Origin: an uncultured Alphaproteobacteria bacterium
GTDB taxonomy: Bacteria; Pseudomonadota; Alphaproteobacteria; ATCC43930; CGMCC-115725
Direction: 5' to 3'
Length of the DNA: 64,000 nt
Assembly: GCA_963735445.1 (NCBI GenBank)
Contig: CAVTLC010000048.1
Location: 5,721 to 69,720 of the forward strand
Shown here: piece by piece, positions 1 through 9,153 of the stretch
Position numbering within the stretch: the stretch's first letter is position 1
Layout: every line of letters starts with the position of its first letter
Notes under the pieces: model-generated
Database searches by the model: none
Told to the model about the DNA's origin: nothing
What the model saw: the letters and a program-made list of their open reading frames with translations, nothing else
Made by a program: the position numbers and the translations under genes

Positions 1-101
1 GATGAAGTTGTGGTCACCGATTACCCGGACAGCAGCCGCTGACTTCGCCGCTTGTGACGCCAATAGCTACTGGCGGGACCACAGTGGCTGCTCGGTTGGG
101 T

Positions 102-1259
102 TTACCGGCGCTGCCAGGTAAAGACGGAGGAAACTGCGTAGTTCCACACGACGCCGACCGCAGCACCCGCGAGGCCCGACGCCCACCAGGTGTAGTGCTG
201 TGCAAAAGCCGCCGAGGCGATACCGACATTGGCGACCGCGCCGAGGCTGCATACCGCATAAAATGACAGCAGCCCGGTGATAAAGCGCCGGCCGGTAAGA
301 CGCCGGTCGCGATAGGTCAGCGTGTTGTTCAGGACAAAGTTGCTCGTCATCGCAACAAAGGTTGCGAGCGCTTGCGCCGCTGGGAACGAGACGAGCTTTA
401 AGCCGAGATAGAGCGTCGTAAAGTGGACGACCACGCCCGAACCGCCGATCGCGGCAAACGAAACAAAGCGGGCTGGGACATAGCGACCGACCAGCTTGTC
501 GGTCAGCAGCATCAAGTATTCCCAGACGACAAGGCTGTCGAGCTTGCTCTCGCCATGCTGGCGCTGGCCAAACACGTAGGGGATCTCCTTGAAGCGATAG
601 GTGGTGGGGGTCGAGGCAAAGAGATCGAGCAATATCTTGAACCCCTGCCCCGAAAGACGTCTGACCGCCTGCTCGAAAGCCGGCCGGGTCAGCATAAAGA
701 ACCCGCTCATCGGATCGGCCAGATGGGCGGCGACAACCAGCCGTGCGAGGCGCGTCGCGACATCGCTAATCGTCGCCCGGCGGCGATCCCACTCGACGAT
801 CCCGCCACCGAGGGTATGTCGGCTGCCGATCACCACATCGAGGTTCTCTGTCTTGAGCGCCGCGAGCATCCGCGGCAGCAGGGTCTCGTCGTGCTGCAGA
901 TCGGCGTCGATCACCGCGAGATAAGGGGCGCTACTCGCAAGCATTCCCTCGATGACCGCGGTCGACAGGCCGCGGCGGCCAATCCGCTGTAAACAGCGGA
1001 TTCGCGCGTTCTCCGCGGCGAGGGCGCGCACGATCTCGGCGGTGCCGTCGGGCGAATCATCGTCGACAAAGACCACCTCCCAATCGATCCCGCACAAAGC
1101 CGCGTCGAGGCGTGCAAGCAGCGGCTCGATATTGTCGCGCTCGTTAAAGGTCGGCACCACGACCGTGAGTTCGGCGCCCCGTCGCGACAGCTGCGGCTCG
1201 GGAGCCGCGGCCTCGGCCAGCGCCGCGGTCTCGTCATTGAATAGCGATTGCGAGTGCAT
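102..1259 (-). CDS. GT2 polyprenol-phosphate glycosyltransferase (DPM1/GtrB/ArnC-like) fused to a C-terminal GtrA-like membrane domain
   Basis: 385-aa ORF. GT-A motifs VVVPTFNERDNIEPLL, VVFVDDDSPDGT and AVIDADLQHD. The last ~120 aa form about 4 hydrophobic helices typical of GtrA-family domains. Confidence 0.85.
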   Translation of the reverse strand: MHSQSLFNDETAALAEAAAPEPQLSRRGAELTVVVPTFNERDNIEPLLARLDAALCGIDWEVVFVDDDSPDGTAEIVRALAAENARIRCLQRIGRRGLSTAVIEGMLASSAPYLAVIDADLQHDETLLPRMLAALKTENLDVVIGSRHTLGGGIVEWDRRRATISDVATRLARLVVAAHLADPMSGFFMLTRPAFEQAVRRLSGQGFKILLDLFASTPTTYRFKEIPYVFGQRQHGESKLDSLVVWEYLMLLTDKLVGRYVPARFVSFAAIGGSGVVVHFTTLYLGLKLVSFPAAQALATFVAMTSNFVLNNTLTYRDRRLTGRRFITGLLSFYAVCSLGAVANVGIASAAFAQHYTWWASGLAGAAVGVVWNYAVSSVFTWQRR

Positions 1260-2023
1260 CGGCCCCTGCGAAGGTAATCAACTGGGATTGGCTAGCGTCA
1301 GCCGACCAATTTGGTCCCCGATAAGGTATCGTGCCGGAAGGTGGCGCCGACTAGAAGCACTTATAGCCGGCACACTTTAAGCCTTTCTGCAAAGATAGCT
1401 GAGGCGAGCATGGATCGCAGCGAGCCCGCTCGTGGTTGTCGCGCTCCGTCTTATCCCGGGAATTGCCGCCAACGGCGAATCGGGTCCACGTGGTAGAATG
1501 GCCCACGCTCTAAAAAACTGCGAACTGGTTCCTGATCTGGGTGAAGCCGCTGGTTTCGGGCCTCGGATCACGTTGAGCCGCCTCTTTCGACGCCTCCCGC
1601 CCACTCCAGAGCGCGACCAGCATTGCAGAACGTCGATTATCGCCGCGCTTCAAGCCTACGGCCTGGAGGTCAGGGCATGTCAGCTTCAGCAAAACTCAGC
1701 TTAACAGTGGAGCCACGGATCAAAGGACTTCAACTGGGAAATTATATAGTTTAATGAGGAGGTGCGTCCGGCTAGCGGCCGGCCTTGTCTTGCGTTGACT
1801 GCACTTCGACCACTCCAACCTCTTCGCCCGGTACCGAACCCTTTCTGCAAGGATTGACTTCTCAGCTTTGTCCGCTGCGGCACCTACGGTAGCCCGACCG
1901 CGACGACTGAGGGCGTATTCGAATATCCCGATGAGCAGCTTCTGCACGGGAACGGAGCAGCGCAACGGGTCTGGAACTGAGACGCCAAAATTGCTCGGGC
2001 ACCTCTCGTAAAGTGAGCAAATC

Positions 2024-3313
2024 ATGACAGTCATTGATGCGGCCAGGCCGAAATTAACGAGCGCCAAGCTCTATACGTTTATGCTCGTGGCCTACGCCAT
2101 GGCGGTGCTCGTCCGCATGCCGGATATCTTGATTAAACGCCGCTTCTGGGCTGAAGAAGGTACGGTCCATTTCTATACCTCCTGGAATAAACCCTGGTAT
2201 GATGCGCTGTTTTCCGTTCATTTCGATAATCTAAATCTTACGGCTAACCTCGCCACAGTGCTGGCGGTCCATCTCGTTCCATTGGAGTTCGCGCCGTTAG
2301 TCACCACCGGCGTGGCTTTATTAGTCCAACTTTGTCCCGCCTTTCTGCTCATGACGGCGAACGTTGAATGGTTGCGGCATCGAATAACTCTTGCGCTCGC
2401 GCTGCTCCTCTTGCTCGCCTGCAACAACACTGGTGAGGTCTGGCTAACCTCGATCCACACCCAGTTTCTTTTCGGTCTCTGTACGGCTCTCATCCTGGCC
2501 CTCCCTACCGTCGACGGATGGTTGGGCGCGTTCCGGGGAGGGCTTGTGGTGCTGGGAGGACTAACCGGGTTGGCGAGTATTCCGCTCACACCATTGTTCT
2601 TTGTCCGCGCATGGTTCGACCGTTCACGTGCTCGCCTCATCCAAGGCGGCCTCCTCGCTGCTTTTGGCGGAGTGCAAGTGGCGATGCTCGAGCTACATTC
2701 TGACCCCGCCCGCTATGTCGGGATTGGACCGAAATTGCTCATTCTTGTGGTGTACATTAAGCACTTGATTGAACCGCTATTCGGGCGCGGCCAAACAGCC
2801 AGAATAGCCGGCACGCTGGCCGAAAGGGTCGCCAGCGGCGGACCCCTATGGCCGGAAATCACGATTACTTTGATCGCCGTGCTCGTGATCGTGGTCGCGG
2901 CCTGGAAAACAGCCGACCCCGTTGTACGTTGGTTGCTGGTGGGTGGGGCAATGCTGGTGGTCTTCTCCTATTTTGGATCAACGGGAGGTCCCCGTATTTA
3001 CCTGCTGGGAGTTGGCTTTGGTGGCCGCTACGAATACGCGCCTGGCGTGCTGTTCGGGCTAACCGTGCTGGGGATCTCGAAACGAAGCGAGGGATGGCTC
3101 AAGACTATCTCAACGGCATTAGTAATCTGGGTCATCGCCATTGGGGTGCGCGACTATTTTTGGGTGGATCGGGGCCTCCGCACGGGTTCGACGTGGACGA
3201 CAGAAATCAGTCGATGGCGAGCTGATCCAACTTATCGCGTGCAATTTTGGCCAGAAGGCCCTGGTTCTCGCTCGCAACTCGGCAACCCGCATTTGCATGA
3301 CGCCGGAAATTGA
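2024..3313 (+). CDS. polytopic inner-membrane protein, possibly a GT-C-like or Gtr-type periplasmic glycosyltransferase
   Basis: 429-aa ORF made almost entirely of hydrophobic segments, with one N-terminal loop (RRFWAEEGTVHFY). Divergent from the GT2-GtrA gene. I recognise no soluble domain. Confidence 0.6.
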   Translation: MTVIDAARPKLTSAKLYTFMLVAYAMAVLVRMPDILIKRRFWAEEGTVHFYTSWNKPWYDALFSVHFDNLNLTANLATVLAVHLVPLEFAPLVTTGVALLVQLCPAFLLMTANVEWLRHRITLALALLLLLACNNTGEVWLTSIHTQFLFGLCTALILALPTVDGWLGAFRGGLVVLGGLTGLASIPLTPLFFVRAWFDRSRARLIQGGLLAAFGGVQVAMLELHSDPARYVGIGPKLLILVVYIKHLIEPLFGRGQTARIAGTLAERVASGGPLWPEITITLIAVLVIVVAAWKTADPVVRWLLVGGAMLVVFSYFGSTGGPRIYLLGVGFGGRYEYAPGVLFGLTVLGISKRSEGWLKTISTALVIWVIAIGVRDYFWVDRGLRTGSTWTTEISRWRADPTYRVQFWPEGPGSRSQLGNPHLHDAGN

Positions 3314-3442
3314 AGTTCGAACCGCTCGGGGCCTCTTGTCGTTCCCCCCACAGTTAGCAGGTTTGAGCCTTATACCAAGCTGATTAATTGCTGATCCCTT
3401 CAAGCCAGGGATAGCAGCACAGCGAGTCAAGCGGCTATCCCT

Positions 3443-3760
3443 ATGACTGGGAACATTGACCCAGTTGAGGTGATCACGTCGGTTCAGCGGCGGAGGCGCT
3501 GGTCGGCGGAAGAGAAGGCGCGGCGTCAAAGAGACCTATCAGCAGTGGGCGCTGGCGAAGAGATTATGGCGGCCGCAGGCTGGTATAATGCTCCCCACTA
3601 AACCGACGCAGGTCCCGGCGTTGCGATTGTTTGCAAAACGGGCCGAGAATCGAGCCGCAGTAGCGCAACTTTGTTCCCTGATGGGCAAACGTCGTGCACA
3701 GCCAGCCCTGTCATACTCCTTCGAGAAGGTCTCGTGCGGGCGGCCGTCGCGCGGCTCGAC
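3443..3760 (+). mobile_element. degenerate remnant of an IS3/IS66-type OrfA (HTH_Tnp_1) transposase gene
   Basis: The ATG at 3443 gives MTGNIDPVEVITSVQRRRRWSAEEKAR, and a shifted frame continues VKETYQ. This is characteristic of IS66 TnpA / IS3 OrfA N-termini. A later shifted frame reads ILLREGLVRAA (compare ILKEALE). Multiple frame breaks, and no catalytic transposase ORF or inverted repeats were seen. Confidence 0.55.
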
Positions 3761-3788
3761 CGCGCCGTCATTTGCGTCCGCCCGGATG

Positions 3789-4934
3789 TCAATAGTCGCC
3801 TCCGAGGCCATCATGATCCCGCCACTTGTTGTGCCCGCATTCTCGCCTTCGTATGCTGGCCGCATCGCGTTCTTGTAGAATCACCGTCTGACGAGCCCGC
3901 GGATGAGCTGCGCGAGTTCGGGGTGCGAGAACAGCGACGCTGTATTTCAGTTCCACGAGGCCGCGGCCACCGGCGCCGAGCTTTTCGGCCCCACAGCGAT
4001 CGTCCAGGATACTCGACAGAGCCTCAACCCATTCGGTGTGCGTCGTTGCTGCGAGGCCGAATTCGGCTTGCGCCAGAATGTCTTTGTTCATTCCCACCGG
4101 CGACGCCACGCAGGGACGTCCGGCAGCCATGTATTGCAGCATCTTAAAGCTGCACTTGCCGCGCTCCCACGGGCCGTCCGCGAGCGGCATGACGCCAATC
4201 GTGAGCGAGCCCAGAAACTCGTCCTCGACGGCAGCCGACCACGGAACGTAACGGACCGGCAAACCGGGAAGCCGCGGCGGTCGCTCGCTGCACACGGCGA
4301 TTGACACCGCGGGGAAGCGGCGGGTCACCTCGGCCAGCGCTGGTGCTATATGCTCGAGATACCGCAAGTTGCCAAAGGAGCCGATCCAGCCGATGCATGG
4401 CAGTTCAGGAAGCGGTTGAACATGATACGATTCGGTGTCAACCGGCGTCGGCAAAACCTCGACCCTTGTGTTCCATTTCTGCCACGCCTCGGCAAGCCAA
4501 TTGTTCCCGACGACGACAAGATCGGCTCGCTCCGCGAGGTGTTTGGCGGCCCACCCATCGCGGAACAAATGGATGGCATCGTCGACGTCGATCAGCCGCG
4601 GGCGGCGTGTCAAACCTTCGAGGGTGTACAGGGTCGAGACCATCTCGCGGTGCAAGAGGGTGATATCGGCGGCCCATCCGGCGTAGATCTGAGGCAGGCG
4701 CTGCGTCAGCGACCCGAGCAGCCAAGCCGGGCGTGCCCATTGCTTTTCGGGAGGATAGGAGCCGAGGCTCGGGCTGAGCTCGACGACATCAATGCCCCTT
4801 TGCGCCAACAGCGGGATGTATTGCCGCACGCGGAAGCGCGCCGAAGGGGCTTTGGCGCCGCCGGTAAAGGCCGCCAACCGCAACCCCGGCAATGCGGCGG
4901 GAGGTTTGCCGATCCCCGCGGATGGTCGCGGCAT
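3789..4934 (-). CDS. glycosyltransferase family 4 (GT-B, group 1)
   Basis: 381-aa ORF with GT4-like architecture and a C-terminal sugar-donor motif region (GVMPLADGPWERGKCSFKMLQYMAAGRPCVASPVG). The last ~40 codons run antisense into the IS remnant, so the native C-terminus may be altered. Confidence 0.8.
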   Translation of the reverse strand: MPRPSAGIGKPPAALPGLRLAAFTGGAKAPSARFRVRQYIPLLAQRGIDVVELSPSLGSYPPEKQWARPAWLLGSLTQRLPQIYAGWAADITLLHREMVSTLYTLEGLTRRPRLIDVDDAIHLFRDGWAAKHLAERADLVVVGNNWLAEAWQKWNTRVEVLPTPVDTESYHVQPLPELPCIGWIGSFGNLRYLEHIAPALAEVTRRFPAVSIAVCSERPPRLPGLPVRYVPWSAAVEDEFLGSLTIGVMPLADGPWERGKCSFKMLQYMAAGRPCVASPVGMNKDILAQAEFGLAATTHTEWVEALSSILDDRCGAEKLGAGGRGLVELKYSVAVLAPRTRAAHPRARQTVILQERDAASIRRRECGHNKWRDHDGLGGDY

Positions 4935-5173
4935 TTGCCCTTACCGTTGCTGCTTGTGTTCAGCGAGACCGATAGCAGCCGGAAAGGATTCTGTTAAGCC
5001 GGTTGCGGCGGCAACCGGGATCTTTAGCCGCGCGTGACAACAGCGACATCACCGCGAATACGCGGGACGGCGTTAAGGGCAAATCAACCGGCGCTGCAAC
5101 GGGCGCCGACCGATGCTTACGAGAGCGTCGGCCGGTTCTGGTCTCAACAATCGGCCGGCGCGTCGTGCTGCTG

Positions 5174-6562
5174 TCAATCGTTGGAGACGTCCGGGTCCCA
5201 GCGGCCGAACACCCCGATGCATCCGAACGGGCAGCCAACGATCGCGTTGTTCGCCGGCATCGGCACAAACACCCAATTATTGGCCGCATTGGCGGCGACC
5301 GAGTGCGATGTTCCGCTCGGGTGCCCCGGCGGCGGGCCGAGCAGCGGCGAGACCCCCGGCACATTGAAGGTGGGCACGATCTGGTCGAGGTACTGGCTCG
5401 AGGCATCGATCACGCCGAGCAGTCCGGCGCCTTGATCGGTCGTCGAGAGCGCGCCGGTCGTCCCCTTTATCGGGTGGGGCGAGTAGGGCGCGTTCGAGGA
5501 GCCGGTATAGAAGTGATTGTCGCCGGAATTGTACCAAACTTCGTCCGACGATCCGACGCCCGGCACGAATGTATACGCGCCGTTGGTGGCCATGATGACC
5601 TGCGCGGGGCTGGCGGTATAATAATCGGTAGGCGTCCAGACATTCCCGATTTGGTCGTAAACGGTGTTGCAGCCGATCAGGAACGTCTCGTTCGGACCCA
5701 AGGAGAGCCCGGCTGGCCCGCAAACCGGCACTAGGAACTCGGCATCGGCGAGACCGGTTTTCGGATTGAGACGATAGATCGCTCCGGTCGGGCCCGGCGC
5801 CGCGGTCGTGCCTGAAACCGAGGGGACGGCGACGTAAAAGCGTTGGGTTCCCGGATCCCAAATCGGCTGCTCGATGCCATTGGTGACATAGCTAAAGACG
5901 ATCTGGCTGCCTTTTGTCAGCGTGCAATTGGTTCCGACATTAATAAAGGTGACGAACGGGGGATCGTCGGCGTTGTTTGCGACGGCCAGAATCCGGTCTT
6001 GCGGGTCGAAAGCCATTTCGTCAGCCCGGTTTACACCACCGGTCTTGAGATCGCTGACCTGCGCACCCGATGGCAGCGCGAAAGAGACAACGCGGCTCGG
6101 CCCGTCGCCGGCAAAGAGACAGGTTCCCGATCCGTCGGTCGTAACCCCGTTTGGACCAGAAATATTGTTGTTGACGGCGGTCCCGGCTGCGTTGAGCTTC
6201 ACCCCGGCAAAACGCGGCGATGCGGTGATCTGCCTGACAAAGACCCCGGTACTGGCATCGACATCGTCGACCGCGGCGTTCGACCGATCGCCGAGGTAGT
6301 AATGGTGGTTCGTTTGGTCGACCCAGCTGATATCAAACCCGTACATGCCATTGGTCGCGTTTGTGGGGGCTACCGGGACCGGGACCGTAAACAGCAGTCG
6401 CACCGGACCCGTGGTTTCCTGAGTAGCGCCCTGCGCCCAGGCGCTGGCCGCACCGAGCAGCAAGACCGGGGCGGCCGCCGCGATCGCCGCCCGCGCGCGG
6501 CCCTGCTTTTTGACGAAACTGCATAAATGCTTTAAGCGCCGAAACATCGATCGTCCTCCCAC
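5174..6562 (-). CDS. exported beta-propeller-like protein of unknown function
   Basis: 462-aa ORF. N-terminal signal peptide (AAAPVLLLGAASAWAQG). Gly/Asn/Thr/Val-rich repeats consistent with a beta-propeller. Family not recognised. Confidence 0.65.
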   Translation of the reverse strand: MGGRSMFRRLKHLCSFVKKQGRARAAIAAAAPVLLLGAASAWAQGATQETTGPVRLLFTVPVPVAPTNATNGMYGFDISWVDQTNHHYYLGDRSNAAVDDVDASTGVFVRQITASPRFAGVKLNAAGTAVNNNISGPNGVTTDGSGTCLFAGDGPSRVVSFALPSGAQVSDLKTGGVNRADEMAFDPQDRILAVANNADDPPFVTFINVGTNCTLTKGSQIVFSYVTNGIEQPIWDPGTQRFYVAVPSVSGTTAAPGPTGAIYRLNPKTGLADAEFLVPVCGPAGLSLGPNETFLIGCNTVYDQIGNVWTPTDYYTASPAQVIMATNGAYTFVPGVGSSDEVWYNSGDNHFYTGSSNAPYSPHPIKGTTGALSTTDQGAGLLGVIDASSQYLDQIVPTFNVPGVSPLLGPPPGHPSGTSHSVAANAANNWVFVPMPANNAIVGCPFGCIGVFGRWDPDVSND

Positions 6563-7047
6563 CCTTCCTTCATTTGCCGCGCTGGTTGACCAGCCGACCT
6601 TGAACCATTCCCAGGCCGCGAGATGTTGTCAAACTAAATTTCTACCGCCGATAGGGCTCAAGCCGGTCCAAGGTCGGCCGATCCACCCAATGACCGGGCG
6701 CTCGGGGGGGGGTGGGGGACCCGTCGGTAAACGCGGCACGCTGCACCGCCGCGGGCGTCCCCTCAGATCTCGTCGGCCGAAGCTGGGCGTGATCCACGGT
6801 TGCGGCCGTTTTAAAAAAGACCCAAGCGGGCCAATAGCGCGCGTGGCGAATACAGCCACCACAGCGTCCCCCCGAGGGGAAATACGCCAATATCTCTTTG
6901 AGTTGCTGCGCGTCTTCGCCCACCCATTGACCGAGAACCGGTTCGATCTGTGTCTTGGAGATGACGCAGCCGCGGCCGAGGCGACGCGGGCAGTGCCGGC
7001 GATACGGCAAGATCGCCCCCCGCGATTGCGATCGGGCGTTGCCGGAG

Positions 7048-9153
7048 TTATTTGGCTAAATGCTCGCTGCTCTCTGTCTGCTGGTTCAGACGATGCGTTG
7101 CGAACGTGGGAAGACGTCGCAACTCGGTGGTGACTTTTCTTATCGGGGCCGTGAGGCGCCAACTTCTCGAACATTTGAGCTCGTCTATCGCCCGCGTCAA
7201 CGACGCTACCTCTTTCTCGCGCTCGGCGAGCCGCAACGCAAATTCGGCCCGTTCTTTCACGATCGTCTCGATCTCGCGCTCGCGCTCGGACAGCCGCTCG
7301 GCGCGGAAACGCGCGTTGCCTGCGGCGCGAATGCTGTCGGCTGCCTCACACAGCAAATTGAGCGCCATTCGAGCCTCAGCCGAGGGCAGCAGCGGCTTCG
7401 CGTCCAACGCGCGGGCAAAATCCGCCACCGCCCCCACCGGGTTGTCCTGGCGGGACCGCGCCACGCCGCGCTGGGCAAACGCACGTGCCACGGTCGCGGG
7501 TTCTAGCTCGGTAAATTCAAGTTCGGGCGGCAGTTTGTTGGTCGCGGCGAGAATTCGATCAAATACCGCCTCGGCGCCGGCGCTGTCACCCGCGATTAGC
7601 GCGGCGATGCCGTCGTTCAGCACGGCCTGCCAGTAAATCGCGGTTTGCGCCACGACCCCTAACCGCATCGCCCCGGCGATCGCGACGTATGCCGCGCGAT
7701 AAAGACGGCGCGCGCCAGCTGGGTCGCCGCGCCCGTTCAGCTGCAGCATGCCGACAAAGTGCAAGCTGAAGGGCAGCCAGTAAGGAAGCTTGACAGGCCA
7801 ATCGGCGAGATCAGTGACCTCTGCGAGGAGGGCCGGGACCCGTTCCGGCTCGGCAAAACTCAACCTGTAGTCTTGCTGCAACAGCTCCTCGGCGGTCGCA
7901 AACACCGCTTCTGCGCGCGGCCAATCTCCCCGTGATACGTAGTGATCGAGCAGGCGGTAGACGGCGCCGTGCCGGACATCGGAGCGCAAAGGCTCGCGAT
8001 CCGCCGCCAGCGCTTCGAGATACGTGGCGTAGGCCGCATAATCCGGTTCGAGGGTCGCCTCCGTTACAATCGGATCATCGCTCGCAAACGCGATCAGCCG
8101 ATGCCCGAAGGGGATAATTTTTGTATGCGCAAAACCCGCCCCGTGAAGTGCGGCGCGCAACGCATCAGCGCTGAAGATCTGCCGATGAAACCCGGGACAA
8201 AGCGCCGACATGATCACAATCGCCGGAGCGCTGTGGCCGGGCGCAACGCACCCGGCATCCGGAGTGGTCAGGGCCAACACACCGCACGGCTGCAGATGAC
8301 CGCGCAACATGCGCAGAAAGCGCGCCGGATCTTCGACGTGCTCGATCACCTCGGAACAATAGAGCAGATCTGCGCGCATATTTTCAGGTAGCGGCGCATC
8401 GCTCAGATAGGCCGGCAGGATCTCGACACCGAGGGCGCGCGCTCCGTCCTGCGCATACGCCGACGGATCGAGCCCGAGCGATCGCGCTCCAAATATGCGG
8501 CGTGCGAAGTCGACCGTGTAACCAAAGCCGCATCCAGCATCGACAAAACTCTGAACGGGTCGCAATCGATGCACCGCCACCAGCGGCCGTATCATGAATT
8601 CGATCCCGGCCCAGAACTGGGCGTGCAGGCGGGCGTAATTGGCGTTTCCGAAATCTTCTTCGTATCTCGGTTGAATGAAGGGATGCGGGAACACGCAGCC
8701 GCAATCCGGGCAACCGTAAAAATTGAGAGCCTGACTGACGCTCGCACCGCCATCGGATGCGTCGAGATCCCAAGAACATCTGACCTTGAAGGGTTTCGGC
8801 CCGAAGGCATCGCAGACCGGGCAGACGGTCTCGACCGGCTCCTTGAGCCCCCAGCGCAACAGTCCCGGAGCGGCGGGAGCTGCTTCGGCGACCGAGGGTG
8901 TTGCCGCCGCCGGACGCTCGCCGGCGTACATGACGGTTGCGGCCTCCATCAGCAGCCGGTGAGCATGATTGCGGGCACCCTCGGTTGCGCTCGGCTTTGC
9001 CATGAAATCGGCAAAGGCGCCGATCGCCTCCGGATAATGACCGAGCTGCAGCATCGCCACTGCCCGTTCAAACGCGACGCGCGCCGCGATCAAAGGAGGC
9101 GCGAACTCCCAAATCGCCGCCAATCTCGCGCGGGCGCGCGGAAATCGTGTCAA
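7048..9153 (-). CDS. class I SAM-dependent methyltransferase with Cys4 zinc ribbon, helical (TPR-like) region and C-terminal coiled coil
   Basis: Zinc ribbon CPVCDAFG...CPDCGCVF. SAM motif I VDAGCGFGYT, then LLYCSEVIEHVEDP. C-terminal heptad-rich stretch REREIETIVKERAEFALRLAEREKEVASLTRAIDELK followed by SRSWRLTAPIRK. The ORF start overlaps the upstream paralog by 86 nt; an internal ATG at 9054 would remove the overlap. Confidence 0.8.
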   Translation of the reverse strand: MTRFPRARARLAAIWEFAPPLIAARVAFERAVAMLQLGHYPEAIGAFADFMAKPSATEGARNHAHRLLMEAATVMYAGERPAAATPSVAEAAPAAPGLLRWGLKEPVETVCPVCDAFGPKPFKVRCSWDLDASDGGASVSQALNFYGCPDCGCVFPHPFIQPRYEEDFGNANYARLHAQFWAGIEFMIRPLVAVHRLRPVQSFVDAGCGFGYTVDFARRIFGARSLGLDPSAYAQDGARALGVEILPAYLSDAPLPENMRADLLYCSEVIEHVEDPARFLRMLRGHLQPCGVLALTTPDAGCVAPGHSAPAIVIMSALCPGFHRQIFSADALRAALHGAGFAHTKIIPFGHRLIAFASDDPIVTEATLEPDYAAYATYLEALAADREPLRSDVRHGAVYRLLDHYVSRGDWPRAEAVFATAEELLQQDYRLSFAEPERVPALLAEVTDLADWPVKLPYWLPFSLHFVGMLQLNGRGDPAGARRLYRAAYVAIAGAMRLGVVAQTAIYWQAVLNDGIAALIAGDSAGAEAVFDRILAATNKLPPELEFTELEPATVARAFAQRGVARSRQDNPVGAVADFARALDAKPLLPSAEARMALNLLCEAADSIRAAGNARFRAERLSEREREIETIVKERAEFALRLAEREKEVASLTRAIDELKCSRSWRLTAPIRKVTTELRRLPTFATHRLNQQTESSEHLAK

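Noticed and set aside
1260-2023. 760-bp gap with several 60-115-aa ORFs, considered as possible transposase or integrase relics
   Set aside because: No frame gave a recognisable transposase, integrase or other family motif. It is most simply the divergent promoter region between the GT2-GtrA gene and the membrane protein gene.
5003-6526. Several 100-240-aa ORFs on the + strand (5003..5734, 5843..6526 and others). Similar overlapping ORFs occur throughout the window, for example 423..992, 19441..20130, 23527..24177, 55809..56546 and 58408..59322.
   Set aside because: They lie opposite or out of frame to genes with clear family signatures. They have Arg/Pro/Gly-rich composition and no recognisable motifs. 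These are high-GC shadow ORFs.
9054-9153. 86-nt overlap between the two methyltransferase paralogs, a possible case of programmed overlap or fusion
   Set aside because: An in-frame ATG at 9054 (MLQLGHY...) gives a conventional 13-nt spacing after the upstream stop, so the overlap is probably just an over-extended ORF call.
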